The notes beneath the pieces were generated by a model. The model saw only the letters and a program-made list of their open reading frames with translations, did not search any database and was not told the origin of the DNA. DNA of 64,000 bases from a bacterium (GTDB lineage Bacteria; UBA8248), in NCBI GenBank assembly GCA_965207065.1, contig OZ242260.1, forward strand, positions 4,000,001 through 4,064,000, given 5' to 3'. The translations under genes and the position numbers were made by a program. This document shows positions 40,491-50,399 of the stretch, in pieces (positions within the stretch are counted from its first letter, which is position 1; each line of letters starts with the position of its first letter).

Positions 40491-41477
40491 TTACATCGCC
40501 TGTTTGGCCATGTCGTCGAGCAGTCCGGGACGGCATTTTTCCTTTGCGAACTTTTGAACAATCGGCTCGGCGATTTTCTTGAAGGCCGCGACGTTCGGCT
40601 TGACGACCTTCATCCCCTTGGCTTTGAGCTTGGCCTCGACGTCGGCGAAGGACTTCCAGACGGCGTCGGTCATCCAGTCGATGGCCTTCTTCGCCTCCTC
40701 GTCGAAGATTTTCTTGTGCCCGGCACTCAGAGATTTATAGAACCCGTTGTTGGCCGAGACGACAAAATAGCTCCAGACGTGGCCCGTGAGGTTCAGGTAA
40801 TTCTGCACCTCAAAGAAGTTCGAGCCGTAGATGGTGCCGAGCGGGTTTTCCTGCGCCTCGACCGTCCCGGTCTGGAGCGCGCCGTAGAGCTCCTTGAAAG
40901 ACATCGGCACGGGGTTCGCCCCGAACGCCTTGAAGACGCGCTGGCGCAGCTTGTTCGTGATGCGCACCTTGATGCCCTTCATGTCCGAGGGATTCTTGAC
41001 GGGCACTTTCGAGGTGAGGTTCCGCGCTCCGCGGTGCCCCACGCCGACGATACGGATGTTGTGCTTCTTCTCGAGGACGGAACTCACCTCTTTACCGAGC
41101 GGGCCGTTCCACACCTTGAGTCCGTGATTGCCGTCCTTGTAGACGAACTCGGCTTCCATGCACTGGTATTCCTTGACGAGATGGTGCACCACGACCGGCC
41201 CCGCCACGTGCAACTGAATCTCGTTCGTCCCCAACTGCTGGAGCAGCTGCTTGTCGCCGCCCAGGGCGCCGCCGGCGATGATCTGCATGTCGAGTTCGCC
41301 TTTGGAGCGCGACCGCATGGCGTCGGCCCAGCGCTGCATGGCCTGGACGCTGAATTCCTTGGTGCTGTTCGTCGTGCCCAGCGTGAATTTCACCTTTGCG
41401 GCATCGGCGGCGGGCGCAATGAGCGCCACACAAACCAACAACGCAACGATTGCAAAACCGGTTCTCAACGATTTCAT
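40491..41477 (-). CDS. dctP: TRAP transporter DctP-type solute-binding protein
   Basis: GALGGD, GIKVR, ELYGALQTGTVEAQENP, FFEVQ. Confidence 0.92.
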   Translation of the reverse strand: MKSLRTGFAIVALLVCVALIAPAADAAKVKFTLGTTNSTKEFSVQAMQRWADAMRSRSKGELDMQIIAGGALGGDKQLLQQLGTNEIQLHVAGPVVVHHLVKEYQCMEAEFVYKDGNHGLKVWNGPLGKEVSSVLEKKHNIRIVGVGHRGARNLTSKVPVKNPSDMKGIKVRITNKLRQRVFKAFGANPVPMSFKELYGALQTGTVEAQENPLGTIYGSNFFEVQNYLNLTGHVWSYFVVSANNGFYKSLSAGHKKIFDEEAKKAIDWMTDAVWKSFADVEAKLKAKGMKVVKPNVAAFKKIAEPIVQKFAKEKCRPGLLDDMAKQAM

Positions 41478-41586
41478 CGGACATTCCCCCTTAGAGTTGT
41501 CTTTCCGGAAACCCGGCCTCACGCCCGATGATCCCCGAAATGATCAAAGGCGCTCGGCGCTGAGAAAATAATCGTTGCCTTTATGT

Positions 41587-41630
41587 ATGGACAAGAAATG
41601 GACAAGAAATGGACAAGAAATGGACAAGAA
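41587..41630. repeat. Perfect 11-bp tandem repeat (ATGGACAAGAA x4)
   Basis: Read directly. Confidence 0.95.
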
Positions 41631-41631
41631 A

Positions 41632-41659
41632 ATTATCATAAGAATCCTCCCAAAGTCAA
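41632..41659 (-). promoter_or_regulatory. Putative sigma70 promoter of dctPQM
   Basis: Minus strand TTGACT-16 bp-GATAAT. Confidence 0.45.
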
Positions 41660-41691
41660 GATCAAGGCGGGCTATTCGCGCCCTCGTTCAC

Positions 41692-42190
41692 GGGGTCGTT
41701 GAAAAAGTCCCGGGGAGCGATTTTGGTTACACGCGCGCTTTTGAAGTTCACTCCCCCCTTGGTCGAGATATCAATACTCGTGTAGGTCGGACATATATGT
41801 CCGACCTACAACAGAAACGGCATTGACGCCGGTATCAAGGCAGTGGTCAATGCAGAGCGAGAAGGACTTTTTCATCGGGGTTGTTGAAAAAGTCCTCTTT
41901 GGGGTCGGGTTAAACCATCCTCACCTTGCAGAGCGCCAAACAATTACTCCCCCCTTGAGGGGGAGTCGAAGAGCTGAGGGCGTAAGCCCGAAAGCGATTC
42001 GGTGGGGGGTATAACTCGGAGTGGCGATAAAACGCGATTCACCCCCCACCGATTCAGCCTTCGCACAAAACGCTCGGCTTCATCGTCGGTATTCCCCGAG
42101 GGAGACCGACCCTCAAGGGGGGAGTGAATTTGAAACCCGACCGAGGAGAAAGGGAAGACTCCCCCCACTTGAAGGCCTTTTTCAACAACC
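41692..42190. mobile_element. Two abutting MITE-like elements (41692-41876, 41877-42190)
   Basis: ggggtcgttgaaaaagtcc...ggactttttcatc and ggggttgttgaaaaagtcc...tttttcaacaacc; internal palindromes. Confidence 0.6.
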
Positions 42191-42274
42191 ACGCGAACCC
42201 GCCCGGCCCTTGTTCCCTGCCCCTCGAATGGCTAAGCTGGCGCTTCGATTCGTCACAGGCAAGCAGGGGATATT

Positions 42275-43021
42275 TTGGACTACTCGACGCATGAGCTACT
42301 GGCGGTCGGGATCGCCGCCTTTTTCGTCGGCTTTCTGAAAACCACTTTCAGCTCCGGGATCGGCATCTTCCTCGTCCCGATCATGATCATGTTCTGGCCC
42401 ACGCGGTTCATCATCGGCATCATCGCCGTCCTCATGTGGGTGACGGACTTTTTCGCCATCCCCATGTTCTGGAAACAGTGGGAGAGCCGCTATCTGCGCT
42501 ACCTGGTGCCGGGCTTCTATATCGGCATCATCATCGGCGTCTACGCGCTGGTGAACCTGCCCGACTACTGGCTGAGAAAGGGGATCGGCCTCACCTGCGT
42601 CTTCTTCGCCGGGCTGTTCATCTGGCGTCAGTTCCGGGGAGAGATCAAGCCGCCGCCCGTCAGTCCCCAGGCGGGCGTGGGAATCGGGATAGGCGGCGGA
42701 ATCATCAGCGCCATGTTCCACTCGGGCGGCCTCGTGCTGAGCCTGTTCTTCGTCAGCCAGGGCATGTCCAAAACGGCGATAGTGGCGAGCATCCTCATCG
42801 TGTGGTTCTGCGTGAACCCGTTCAAGGTCGGCTCGCTCTGGTACGGGGGCGTCGTGCAGACGCCGATGCTCGTGGCGGGGGCGCTCGCCTTTCCGCTCGC
42901 CTGGGCCGGGAGCTGGTGCGGCAGGCAGGCGCTCCGTAAAATCCCCCAGAGAGGATTCACCTTCATCCTCCTGCTCCTGTCCCTCATCACCGCCCTGCGC
43001 CTTCTGCTCGAGACGAACTAG
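42275..43021 (+). CDS. TauE/SafE (TSUP) family transporter
   Basis: ~250 aa, ~8 TM, G-rich two-repeat architecture. Confidence 0.8.
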   Translation: MDYSTHELLAVGIAAFFVGFLKTTFSSGIGIFLVPIMIMFWPTRFIIGIIAVLMWVTDFFAIPMFWKQWESRYLRYLVPGFYIGIIIGVYALVNLPDYWLRKGIGLTCVFFAGLFIWRQFRGEIKPPPVSPQAGVGIGIGGGIISAMFHSGGLVLSLFFVSQGMSKTAIVASILIVWFCVNPFKVGSLWYGGVVQTPMLVAGALAFPLAWAGSWCGRQALRKIPQRGFTFILLLLSLITALRLLLETN

Positions 43022-43023
43022 GG

Positions 43024-43770
43024 ATGTCGGATTTCACCCTCATCGAGTGGTGCTTCGTGCTCGCCGCGGCGTTTTGCAACGGTTTCCTGGTGCGCACGTT
43101 CGGGGCGGGTGTGGGCCTGGTGATCACGCCGTTTCTCATCTTCGCGTTCTCACCCTCTTTTTCCTTAGGCCTCATCGCGATGTTCAGCTGCTGGTCGGGC
43201 CTGGGGTCGGCGCCGCATTTCTGGGGAAAGTGGAACCTGCGCTACGTGTTCCTGCTGGCGCCCGGCATCGTCGTCGGGCTGGCCGGCGGCGTCTGGCTCC
43301 TTACCTGGCTCCCGGGCGCGGGACTGAAACTCCTGATCGGCGCCATCTGCTTCTCGCTCGCCTCCTACCAGGCGCTCGTGGAAATAAGGGGCAGACCCTT
43401 CGATATCCCTCCCCTGCCGATGTGGCAGGGCGGGGGCTTCGGGGTCATGAGCGGGCTTTGCTCCGCACTCGCCAACAGCGGGGCGATCTTCCTCACCCCC
43501 GTGCTCATCAGCCAGAGACTGGAGAAACTCACCCTGGTGAGCACGATATGGGCGCTCTACGCGGTGTTCAACCCCATCAAGGTGGTCGCCTTCTGGCAGG
43601 TATCCGTGGTGACCTGGGACACCATCTGGGCGACCGTGGTCGGCCTGCCCGTGCTGTGGCTGGGCATACAGGCCGGCGCATGGGTGCAGGAGCGGCTGAG
43701 CGGGCGCACCTTCAACCTGTGCGTGCTGAGCATCGCCCTGGGCGGGTCGATACGGCTGCTGCTCGTCTAA
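43024..43770 (+). CDS. TauE/SafE (TSUP) family transporter
   Basis: FGAGVGL, GVMSG...NSG; ~8 TM. Confidence 0.8.
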   Translation: MSDFTLIEWCFVLAAAFCNGFLVRTFGAGVGLVITPFLIFAFSPSFSLGLIAMFSCWSGLGSAPHFWGKWNLRYVFLLAPGIVVGLAGGVWLLTWLPGAGLKLLIGAICFSLASYQALVEIRGRPFDIPPLPMWQGGGFGVMSGLCSALANSGAIFLTPVLISQRLEKLTLVSTIWALYAVFNPIKVVAFWQVSVVTWDTIWATVVGLPVLWLGIQAGAWVQERLSGRTFNLCVLSIALGGSIRLLLV

Positions 43771-43804
43771 CGCTCCGGTCGCACCTTCGGAAATCCAAAT
43801 GCGC

Positions 43805-43872
43805 GGGGGTGTGGAAAAAACCCTCTTGAAGGGGGTTGCCTTGACCCACTCAAGGACTTTTTCAACAACCTC
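43805..43872. mobile_element. Minimal MITE-like remnant
   Basis: gggggtgtggaaaaaa...ggactttttcaacaacctc. Confidence 0.45.
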
Positions 43873-43949
43873 TTGGCGGAGTGATTCCATCGTTCCCTTT
43901 CGTATCCAAACCGCTGCCGGGGCATCTATATCATGCCCGAACATTCGCC

Positions 43950-44200
43950 TCACGCTCTCGTACAAATATGGGGGCAATTCTCAGGGTGGAACCTTGATGA
44001 GCATAACGAAAACGAGGAATCAAGGGACTTCTTCGCGCCGCCGGGTTGCTGTGGAGACGGCGTCATGGTGGAGCCGCCAGATGTCCGGGGCGGGGTCATC
44101 ATGGGCGTCTCCGCCTTTTTATCGCCGCCTCCACAGCCCGATAAAGCCAGCGTGACTACAACCAGCGCGGGATTTACCCGTATTGAAATTCGACTCTGAA
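43950..44200 (-). pseudogene. Possible truncated lipoprotein N-terminus
   Basis: ALVVVTLALSGCGGGDKK lipobox and Pro/Thr/Met linker, early stop, no clear start. Confidence 0.35.
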
Positions 44201-44273
44201 CCGATGTTTGTTCCTTTTCTTCCAAGTTGAAAAAAGCGGGCAAAAAACCGACGAGAGAAAAAGGCGCAGGCAA

Positions 44274-45161
44274 TCATCGTCTCTTATCCGGCCTCTGGCC
44301 CAGGATCCATTTCCTGAACGCCCGCACCTCGGGCTTGCGTCTCGAGGCGCGCGTCGTGACCAGCAGATAGCGGTCGGGCGCCGGAACAGGCGTGTCGAAC
44401 AGCGTCACCAACCGCCCCTCCTCCAACTCCCGTGCGATCATCAACGAATGACCGAGCGCCACGCCCATGCCGTCGGCCGCGGCCTGCACCATCATGCTGT
44501 AGAGGCGGAAACCCGAAGCCCGCGACAGGTCGGGCGGCTGCGCGCCGTGATGCGCGAACCAATGGGCCCAATAAGACGTCCAGTGCAGATCGTAGAGCAG
44601 CGGCCAGCCGAGCAGATCGCCCGCCTTCCCGGGCTGCCCCCGCTCCTCCACCAGGGCCGGGCTGCAAACCGGCAGCAGTGTCTCCTCGAACAACGTCTCG
44701 GCGTGCAGCCGCCCCCCGACCTTGTTGGTGAAGGCGACCCAGACGTCGAAGTCGTGCCGCACAGGGTCAAGCTCCCGGTGGTCGGTCTCGAACTCGATGG
44801 CGATATCAGGGTGCGCCGCCCGGAACTCCGCGAGCCGCGGCATCAGCCACTTCTCCGCCACCACCTCGACAGCCACCAACTTCAGAAACGCTCCGCCGCC
44901 GCGCCGCTTCCCGGTCACATCGCGCAACTCGGCGAATATGCGCTGGACATCCTCCAGATACGTCCGCCCCAGCCGGTTGAGCCGCACTCCCTGGGGAAAG
45001 CGATCGAACAGACGGGCGCCCAGATAGTCCTCCAGACACTTGATGCGGTGCGAGACTGCGCCCGGCGTCACGCTGAGTTCCCTGGCGGCGGCGGCAAAGC
45101 TCCCCAGCCGCGCCGCCACCTCGAAGAAGTACAGCGCATCGAGGGGCGGAAGACCCGGCAT
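44274..45161 (-). CDS. LysR family transcriptional regulator (GcvA/AmpR-like)
   Basis: [55 protein letters not shown]. Confidence 0.92.
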   Translation of the reverse strand: MPGLPPLDALYFFEVAARLGSFAAAARELSVTPGAVSHRIKCLEDYLGARLFDRFPQGVRLNRLGRTYLEDVQRIFAELRDVTGKRRGGGAFLKLVAVEVVAEKWLMPRLAEFRAAHPDIAIEFETDHRELDPVRHDFDVWVAFTNKVGGRLHAETLFEETLLPVCSPALVEERGQPGKAGDLLGWPLLYDLHWTSYWAHWFAHHGAQPPDLSRASGFRLYSMMVQAAADGMGVALGHSLMIARELEEGRLVTLFDTPVPAPDRYLLVTTRASRRKPEVRAFRKWILGQRPDKRR

Positions 45162-45437
45162 GGGTCCCATCTGAACACCGGGCCGGGACTGGCGCCGGCC
45201 GCTGCCGGGCTCTTTCATTTGTTCATCCTGGGAAGCCATGGCTGCTCCAATCGAACCTTCCCATATACGCTGCCAAAGCTCGTGAGCCTTCGCAAGATTG
45301 AGAATTTTTCGTCTTCAGGCCCAAATATTTTGATTCTCATAATCCCGTGCACTTCACCCGACCGGTCCTCTTTTGCTCGCCTGAATCCCTTCCCCTCCTC
45401 TCTCATGATAATATGGGTCAATTCTCAGGGAGGAGCC

Positions 45438-46553
45438 ATGATGAGCACGACGCCGCAAGCCGCGAAATCGCCCCTGCCGGTCACCGAATCCACCCTCGGC
45501 ATGGTGGACGCCGACATCCACCACGTTCCGCCCTCACTGGACACCCTCAAGCCCTATCTGCCGCTCGTGTGGCGAAACTACACCGAAGAAACCGACTATA
45601 CGAAACTGCCGAACGCCCCCTACCCCAAGACGGCGGGCGGCGGCGTGCGCAAGGACGCCATACCGCCGGACGGCCCGGCGGGTTCTAGCCTCCCGATGCT
45701 GCAGGAACAGGTGCTGGACGCCTACGGCGTGAGCTACGGGGTGCTGAACGGGGCGTACTACAACGTATCCTTCATGGGCATTCCCGAGTTCGGCGCGGCC
45801 CTGGCCCGCGCGCACAACGACTGGACGATCGAGCACTGGCTGGAAAAAGACGAGCGCCTGCGCGGGGCCATCACCGTCTCGCACCATGACCCCCAGCACG
45901 CCGTGGACGAGATAAAGCGCGTCGGCGAGCGCGACGACATGGCGCAGGTGCTCTTCCCGGCGGGTTCGCACGCCCCCTACGGCCAGAGGCGCTACCATCC
46001 CATCTACGCCGCGGCGGAGGAGCGCGGACTGCCTATCGGCATCCATTTCGGGGGCACGGGCGCGGGCAACGCGCCGCCGCCCACGGCTTCTGGCTGGCCC
46101 ACCTACTACATCGAGTGGCACACGGCGATGAGCCAGGCCTTCATGACGCACGTGGTGAGCTTTATCTGCGAAGGCGTGTTCGAGTTGTTCCCGAAATTGA
46201 AGGTCGTGCTGATCGAGGGGGGGCTCTCCTGGATTCCGGGGCTGCTCTGGCGGCTGGACAAGAACTACCGGGGGATGCGCGCCGAGGTGCCCTGGCTCAG
46301 GAAGCTGCCGAGCGAGTATTTCTACGAGCACTTCCGGGTGACGAGCCAGCCCATCGAGGAGCCCGATAAGGACGAGCATCTCCTCCAGATATTCGAGATG
46401 GCCCACGCCGAGAAGATCCTGCTCTTCGCCACCGACTACCCCCACTGGGATTTCGACTCCCCCGTCCACGCCCTGCCGCACCAGGTGGACGCAGAACTCC
46501 GCGAGCGCATCATGCGCGACAACGCGACCGAGCTGTACGGGTTGGGGGGTTAG
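45438..46553 (+). CDS. Amidohydrolase_2 family protein
   Basis: [38 protein letters not shown]. Confidence 0.9.
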   Translation: MMSTTPQAAKSPLPVTESTLGMVDADIHHVPPSLDTLKPYLPLVWRNYTEETDYTKLPNAPYPKTAGGGVRKDAIPPDGPAGSSLPMLQEQVLDAYGVSYGVLNGAYYNVSFMGIPEFGAALARAHNDWTIEHWLEKDERLRGAITVSHHDPQHAVDEIKRVGERDDMAQVLFPAGSHAPYGQRRYHPIYAAAEERGLPIGIHFGGTGAGNAPPPTASGWPTYYIEWHTAMSQAFMTHVVSFICEGVFELFPKLKVVLIEGGLSWIPGLLWRLDKNYRGMRAEVPWLRKLPSEYFYEHFRVTSQPIEEPDKDEHLLQIFEMAHAEKILLFATDYPHWDFDSPVHALPHQVDAELRERIMRDNATELYGLGG

Positions 46554-46778
46554 GGGGAATTGTGCTGCAGCCAATAAGATGCCATCGTCCATGGAATTGA
46601 CAATATTGCGATTGTGAGACAAGCCTAAAGGGCTAAAATTAACTGTGTTAGAAGAAGTAATGACAGAGCGTTTTTACGAGAGGTTTGGATAAGATTTTGA
46701 TCACACCATAATACCGAACATAAGACAGAATTGGTTGCGAGGAAAACGCTCAAATCATAATGGGAGATAAAAAAGAGT

Positions 46779-48875
46779 ATGCAAGCCAGTGAAGCAAAAC
46801 TGCTCGAATTCCTCAAAAAATCGGAACAGTTTGTGATCCCGATTTACCAGCGTACCTATTCGTGGACTGAGCGCGAGTGCCGCCAACTTTGGGACGATAT
46901 CCTGCGTGCGGGACGTAATGAGGACATATCGGCGCACTTCATCGGTTCTATCGTATACATCGAGGCCGGGCTTTACCAAATCATTAATCAGTCGCAAATG
47001 CTGGTCATTGATGGCCAGCAACGACTAACTACCGTAATACTCATTATTGAGGCTCTCGCACGCCAAACGGGCGATGCTGAGCCGATTGACGGCTTTTCCG
47101 CGCGAAAACTCCGCAACCGTTACCTGCGCGATCCTGACGAAGATGGCGAAGCTGCCCATAAACTACTCCTCACCCAGACTGACAAACTGACCTTGCTGGC
47201 AATCATGGATCAGAAGCCGCTGCCAGCCGAGCACTCATTGCGTCTCAAAGAGAACTTTGAGTTTTTTGAGAAACAATTGGAGAGACTGGGTATAGATCTG
47301 GAGCCATTGTGTAAGGGGTTAGCTAAACTCATGATTGTGGACGTTTCGCTAAAGCGCGACCAGGACAACCCGCAGTTGATCTTCGAAAGCATGAATTCTA
47401 CTGGCCGAGAACTCAGCCAAGCAGACCTTATCCGTAATTTCATCCTAATGGGGCTGGAACCCCAACACCAGATTCAATTGTACAAGGAATATTGGCGACC
47501 CATGGAAGTCGCATTCGGACAGGAGGCTTATGCCAGACACTTTGATGACTTTATGCGCTATTACCTAACCGTCAAGACCGGCAAACTGCCAAACATCCGC
47601 AAAGTTTACGAAGTGTTTAAGGAATATGCTCGTAACGCAGAAGTGAACAAAATCGGAATAGACGTTATCTTGGCAGATCTTCACAAATTTGCCAGCTATT
47701 ATTGCGCTATGGAATTGGGCCACGAGGAAAACCCTGAATTAAAAGACGCTTTCAAAGACATCCGCGAACTCAAAGCAAACGTCGCCTATCCTTTTTTGCT
47801 GGAAATCTATAATGACTATGCTGAGAAAATAATGTCACCGGAAGAATTGTTGGAGGCCGTACGGCTCGTAGAAAGCTATGTCTTTCGCCGCTCCGTTTGC
47901 GCTATCCCCACAAATTCGATGAACAGGACTTTCGAAACCTTCGGCAAAACTTTAAAAAAAGACCGTTACTTAGAAAGTATCCGGGCGCAGTTCCAACTCA
48001 TGCCATCCTACCGCCGATTCCCTGACGATTCGGAGTTTCGCCGCGAAATTGTGAAGCGAGACCTCTATAACTTCCCCCGACGAAGCTACTGGCTGCGGCG
48101 GCTAGAGAATCACGATCGCAAAGAGCGGGTTCCAGTGCACGAATACACGATTGAGCACATTATGCCACAGAATGATAACCTCTCGAAGGAGTGGCAAGAG
48201 GTGCTCGGTGATGACTGGCGAAGGGTTCAAGAAACTTGGCTTCACACGCTTGGCAATTTGACACTAACTGGCTACAACACCGAGTATAGAGACCATCCCT
48301 TTGCAAAGAAACGAGACATGGAAGGTGGTTTCCGGGAGAGCCCGTTGCGAGTCAACGAGGGGCTGGGTCATCTAGAAACTTGGAATGAAGAGAAGATTCA
48401 GGCACGTGCTAACCGTCTAGCTCACAAAGCTAGTGCCGTCTGGGCATCGCCTTCATTACCTGACGAAATACTTGATACTTATCGGCCGAAGGCTCCAGAG
48501 AAGACTAGCATTTATACAATAGAGAACCATATCCATCTTACAGACGGCTATGCTGTGCGTCCTCTCTTCGAAATTTTTCGTAAATCAGTAACGGCCCTCG
48601 ACCCCTGTGTCACGGAGGAGTTTCTGAAACGTTACGTTTCCTACAAGGCAGAGACCAATTTTGTCGATGTGGAGGCACAGGCCAAACAACTAAAGCTTTG
48701 GCTTAATCTGCAATTCCAAGAGCTTTATGACCCTCGCCGCTTAGCTAGAGACGTGACCAACCTCGGCCACCTAGGCATTGGAGATGTAGAGGTAGCTTTG
48801 CGTACGCCAGAGGAGTTGCCCTACGTGATGAGTCTCGTGCGTCAGGCACTCGAGAAGCAAATGGAAACAGCCTGA
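46779..48875 (+). CDS. GmrSD-type modification-dependent restriction protein (DUF262 + DUF1524/HNH + DUF5655-like tail)
   Basis: IPIYQRTYSW, IDGQQRLTT, IFESMNSTG, TIEHIMPQ, LGNLTLT..N; lower GC. Confidence 0.88.
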   Translation: MQASEAKLLEFLKKSEQFVIPIYQRTYSWTERECRQLWDDILRAGRNEDISAHFIGSIVYIEAGLYQIINQSQMLVIDGQQRLTTVILIIEALARQTGDAEPIDGFSARKLRNRYLRDPDEDGEAAHKLLLTQTDKLTLLAIMDQKPLPAEHSLRLKENFEFFEKQLERLGIDLEPLCKGLAKLMIVDVSLKRDQDNPQLIFESMNSTGRELSQADLIRNFILMGLEPQHQIQLYKEYWRPMEVAFGQEAYARHFDDFMRYYLTVKTGKLPNIRKVYEVFKEYARNAEVNKIGIDVILADLHKFASYYCAMELGHEENPELKDAFKDIRELKANVAYPFLLEIYNDYAEKIMSPEELLEAVRLVESYVFRRSVCAIPTNSMNRTFETFGKTLKKDRYLESIRAQFQLMPSYRRFPDDSEFRREIVKRDLYNFPRRSYWLRRLENHDRKERVPVHEYTIEHIMPQNDNLSKEWQEVLGDDWRRVQETWLHTLGNLTLTGYNTEYRDHPFAKKRDMEGGFRESPLRVNEGLGHLETWNEEKIQARANRLAHKASAVWASPSLPDEILDTYRPKAPEKTSIYTIENHIHLTDGYAVRPLFEIFRKSVTALDPCVTEEFLKRYVSYKAETNFVDVEAQAKQLKLWLNLQFQELYDPRRLARDVTNLGHLGIGDVEVALRTPEELPYVMSLVRQALEKQMETA

Positions 48876-49159
48876 ATCGAACATACGGCCACCTGCCTAT
48901 CCTACATGTCGTTGACGCCGGCCTCCCGCTCTGAACACCGCCGATGGATGCTCGTCGGCATCTCTCGCATGGTGCAGGTCCTTTCAGGAAAAAAGCGAGA
49001 CCCCCTTAAGCCTCATTTCATCCTGATAGTCGGGATCGACCCTCCAATATCACCCATGATTGACCACGCATTTGCCCGTGCTTGCCCGCATTCACGAGAC
49101 GCGCACACGAGGGGAATTTCGGTAAGATGGCGGAGCCGGACGCTTCGTCCGGAAATAAT

Positions 49160-49309
49160 GAATTTCCGATAATATCGATAAATTCACGGGGTTATTCGAT
49201 AAATTTCTATAAATTAAATTGTTGGGAAAAGACGCCGCGGAACATGGGCGCAGGGGAATTCTGCCATGGACAGTTATTCTCTCGATAACGGCAAATGCGG
49301 GGAGTTGCG
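49160..49309 (-). repeat. Copy A of conserved non-coding element (inverted relative to copy B)
   Basis: Reverse complement aligns to 54520-54680, with identical 31-bp and 21-bp cores. Confidence 0.9.
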
Positions 49310-49447
49310 GGGGTGAGATTTCCCCGGAGTCGCGAGTCTTGCGGGACGTGGAGATTCGGAGGCGGTGAAAATCCAACAGATTAACGATAGTGACATAATA
49401 CTTGAATTATATGTCGCAAACTATTGTTATTATTGTTATATATATTT

Positions 49448-50323
49448 TTATCTTGATTCGGAATTGACGAAATATATCCCTGTCGAGATCAGGACCGCGC
49501 CGCCGAGCATGAGCTGCGTCAGGGGTTCGGCGAGCAGCAAAGCGCCCGTCAGGACCCCGAACACGGGTGTGAGGAACATGAAGACGCCCACGCGGCTCGC
49601 CGGGTAGTCCGTGAGCAGCCACAGCCAGGGGATCATGGCGAGGCCCGTGCCGATGAGGCCGCTGTAGCCCACGCCGGTGAGCACGTTCGCATCGGTGAGG
49701 TCGGGCCAGGCCTCCCCCAGAAACGAGGCGACGATAAAGAACGGGAGCACGGCCAGAAGCTGCGTCCAGGCCGTGATTCTGAAGGCGTCGAAGCTCCTGA
49801 GCTTCATCTTCAGGAATATCGACTGCACCGCCCATATCACGGCTGCCAGAACGACGACGGCGTCCCCGTACCAGGTGGAGCCGCCCGCCGAGGAGAGCCT
49901 GTCGCCAAAGAGTAACACCATGCCCAGACTCGCGGCGATGAAGCCCATAACCGCGCGTACGCCCACCCGCTCATGGGGGAGAATCCACGCCGCCAGCGCC
50001 GTCAGCAACAAGGGCTGGGAGTAGAGGAACAGCGAGGCGCGCCCGGCTGTGGTGTTGTCCACGCCGTGATAATAGGTGATGAACATCAAGTTGTGCAGAC
50101 AGGCGTTAATCCAGAAATCGCGGCTCTCGCCCTTCCAGCTCGGGCGCGGCGGCAGAACAGGCATTTTTCGAATGAACATGATCAGAAAAACGCTCGACGC
50201 CGAGATGATGCCTCTCATCCAGAGGAACGTGAAAGGCTCCACGCCGCGCAGACCTATCTTGGCTGCAGGAAAACTCAGGCCCCACAGAAAGGTGACGGTG
50301 AAAATCAAAACGAAAAATCGCAA
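49448..50323 (-). CDS. EamA/DMT family transporter
   Basis: LWG, LYSQP, LTPVFG, LAEP; ~10 TM. Confidence 0.88.
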   Translation of the reverse strand: MRFFVLIFTVTFLWGLSFPAAKIGLRGVEPFTFLWMRGIISASSVFLIMFIRKMPVLPPRPSWKGESRDFWINACLHNLMFITYYHGVDNTTAGRASLFLYSQPLLLTALAAWILPHERVGVRAVMGFIAASLGMVLLFGDRLSSAGGSTWYGDAVVVLAAVIWAVQSIFLKMKLRSFDAFRITAWTQLLAVLPFFIVASFLGEAWPDLTDANVLTGVGYSGLIGTGLAMIPWLWLLTDYPASRVGVFMFLTPVFGVLTGALLLAEPLTQLMLGGAVLISTGIYFVNSESR

Positions 50324-50399
50324 TTCCTGCCTATCCTTTCAACGAATCCGCTCCATGTCGGGAATCTCGCGGCGGGTGAAATCGGAGGAATGCACGCCT

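Noticed and set aside
41587-41630. Possible CRISPR array
   Set aside because: 11-bp units with no spacers and no cas genes; simple tandem repeat.
44208-45437. 781-aa ORF in the track as one long protein
   Set aside because: N-terminal 410 codons are the antisense shadow of the LysR gene; real start at 45438 with RBS.
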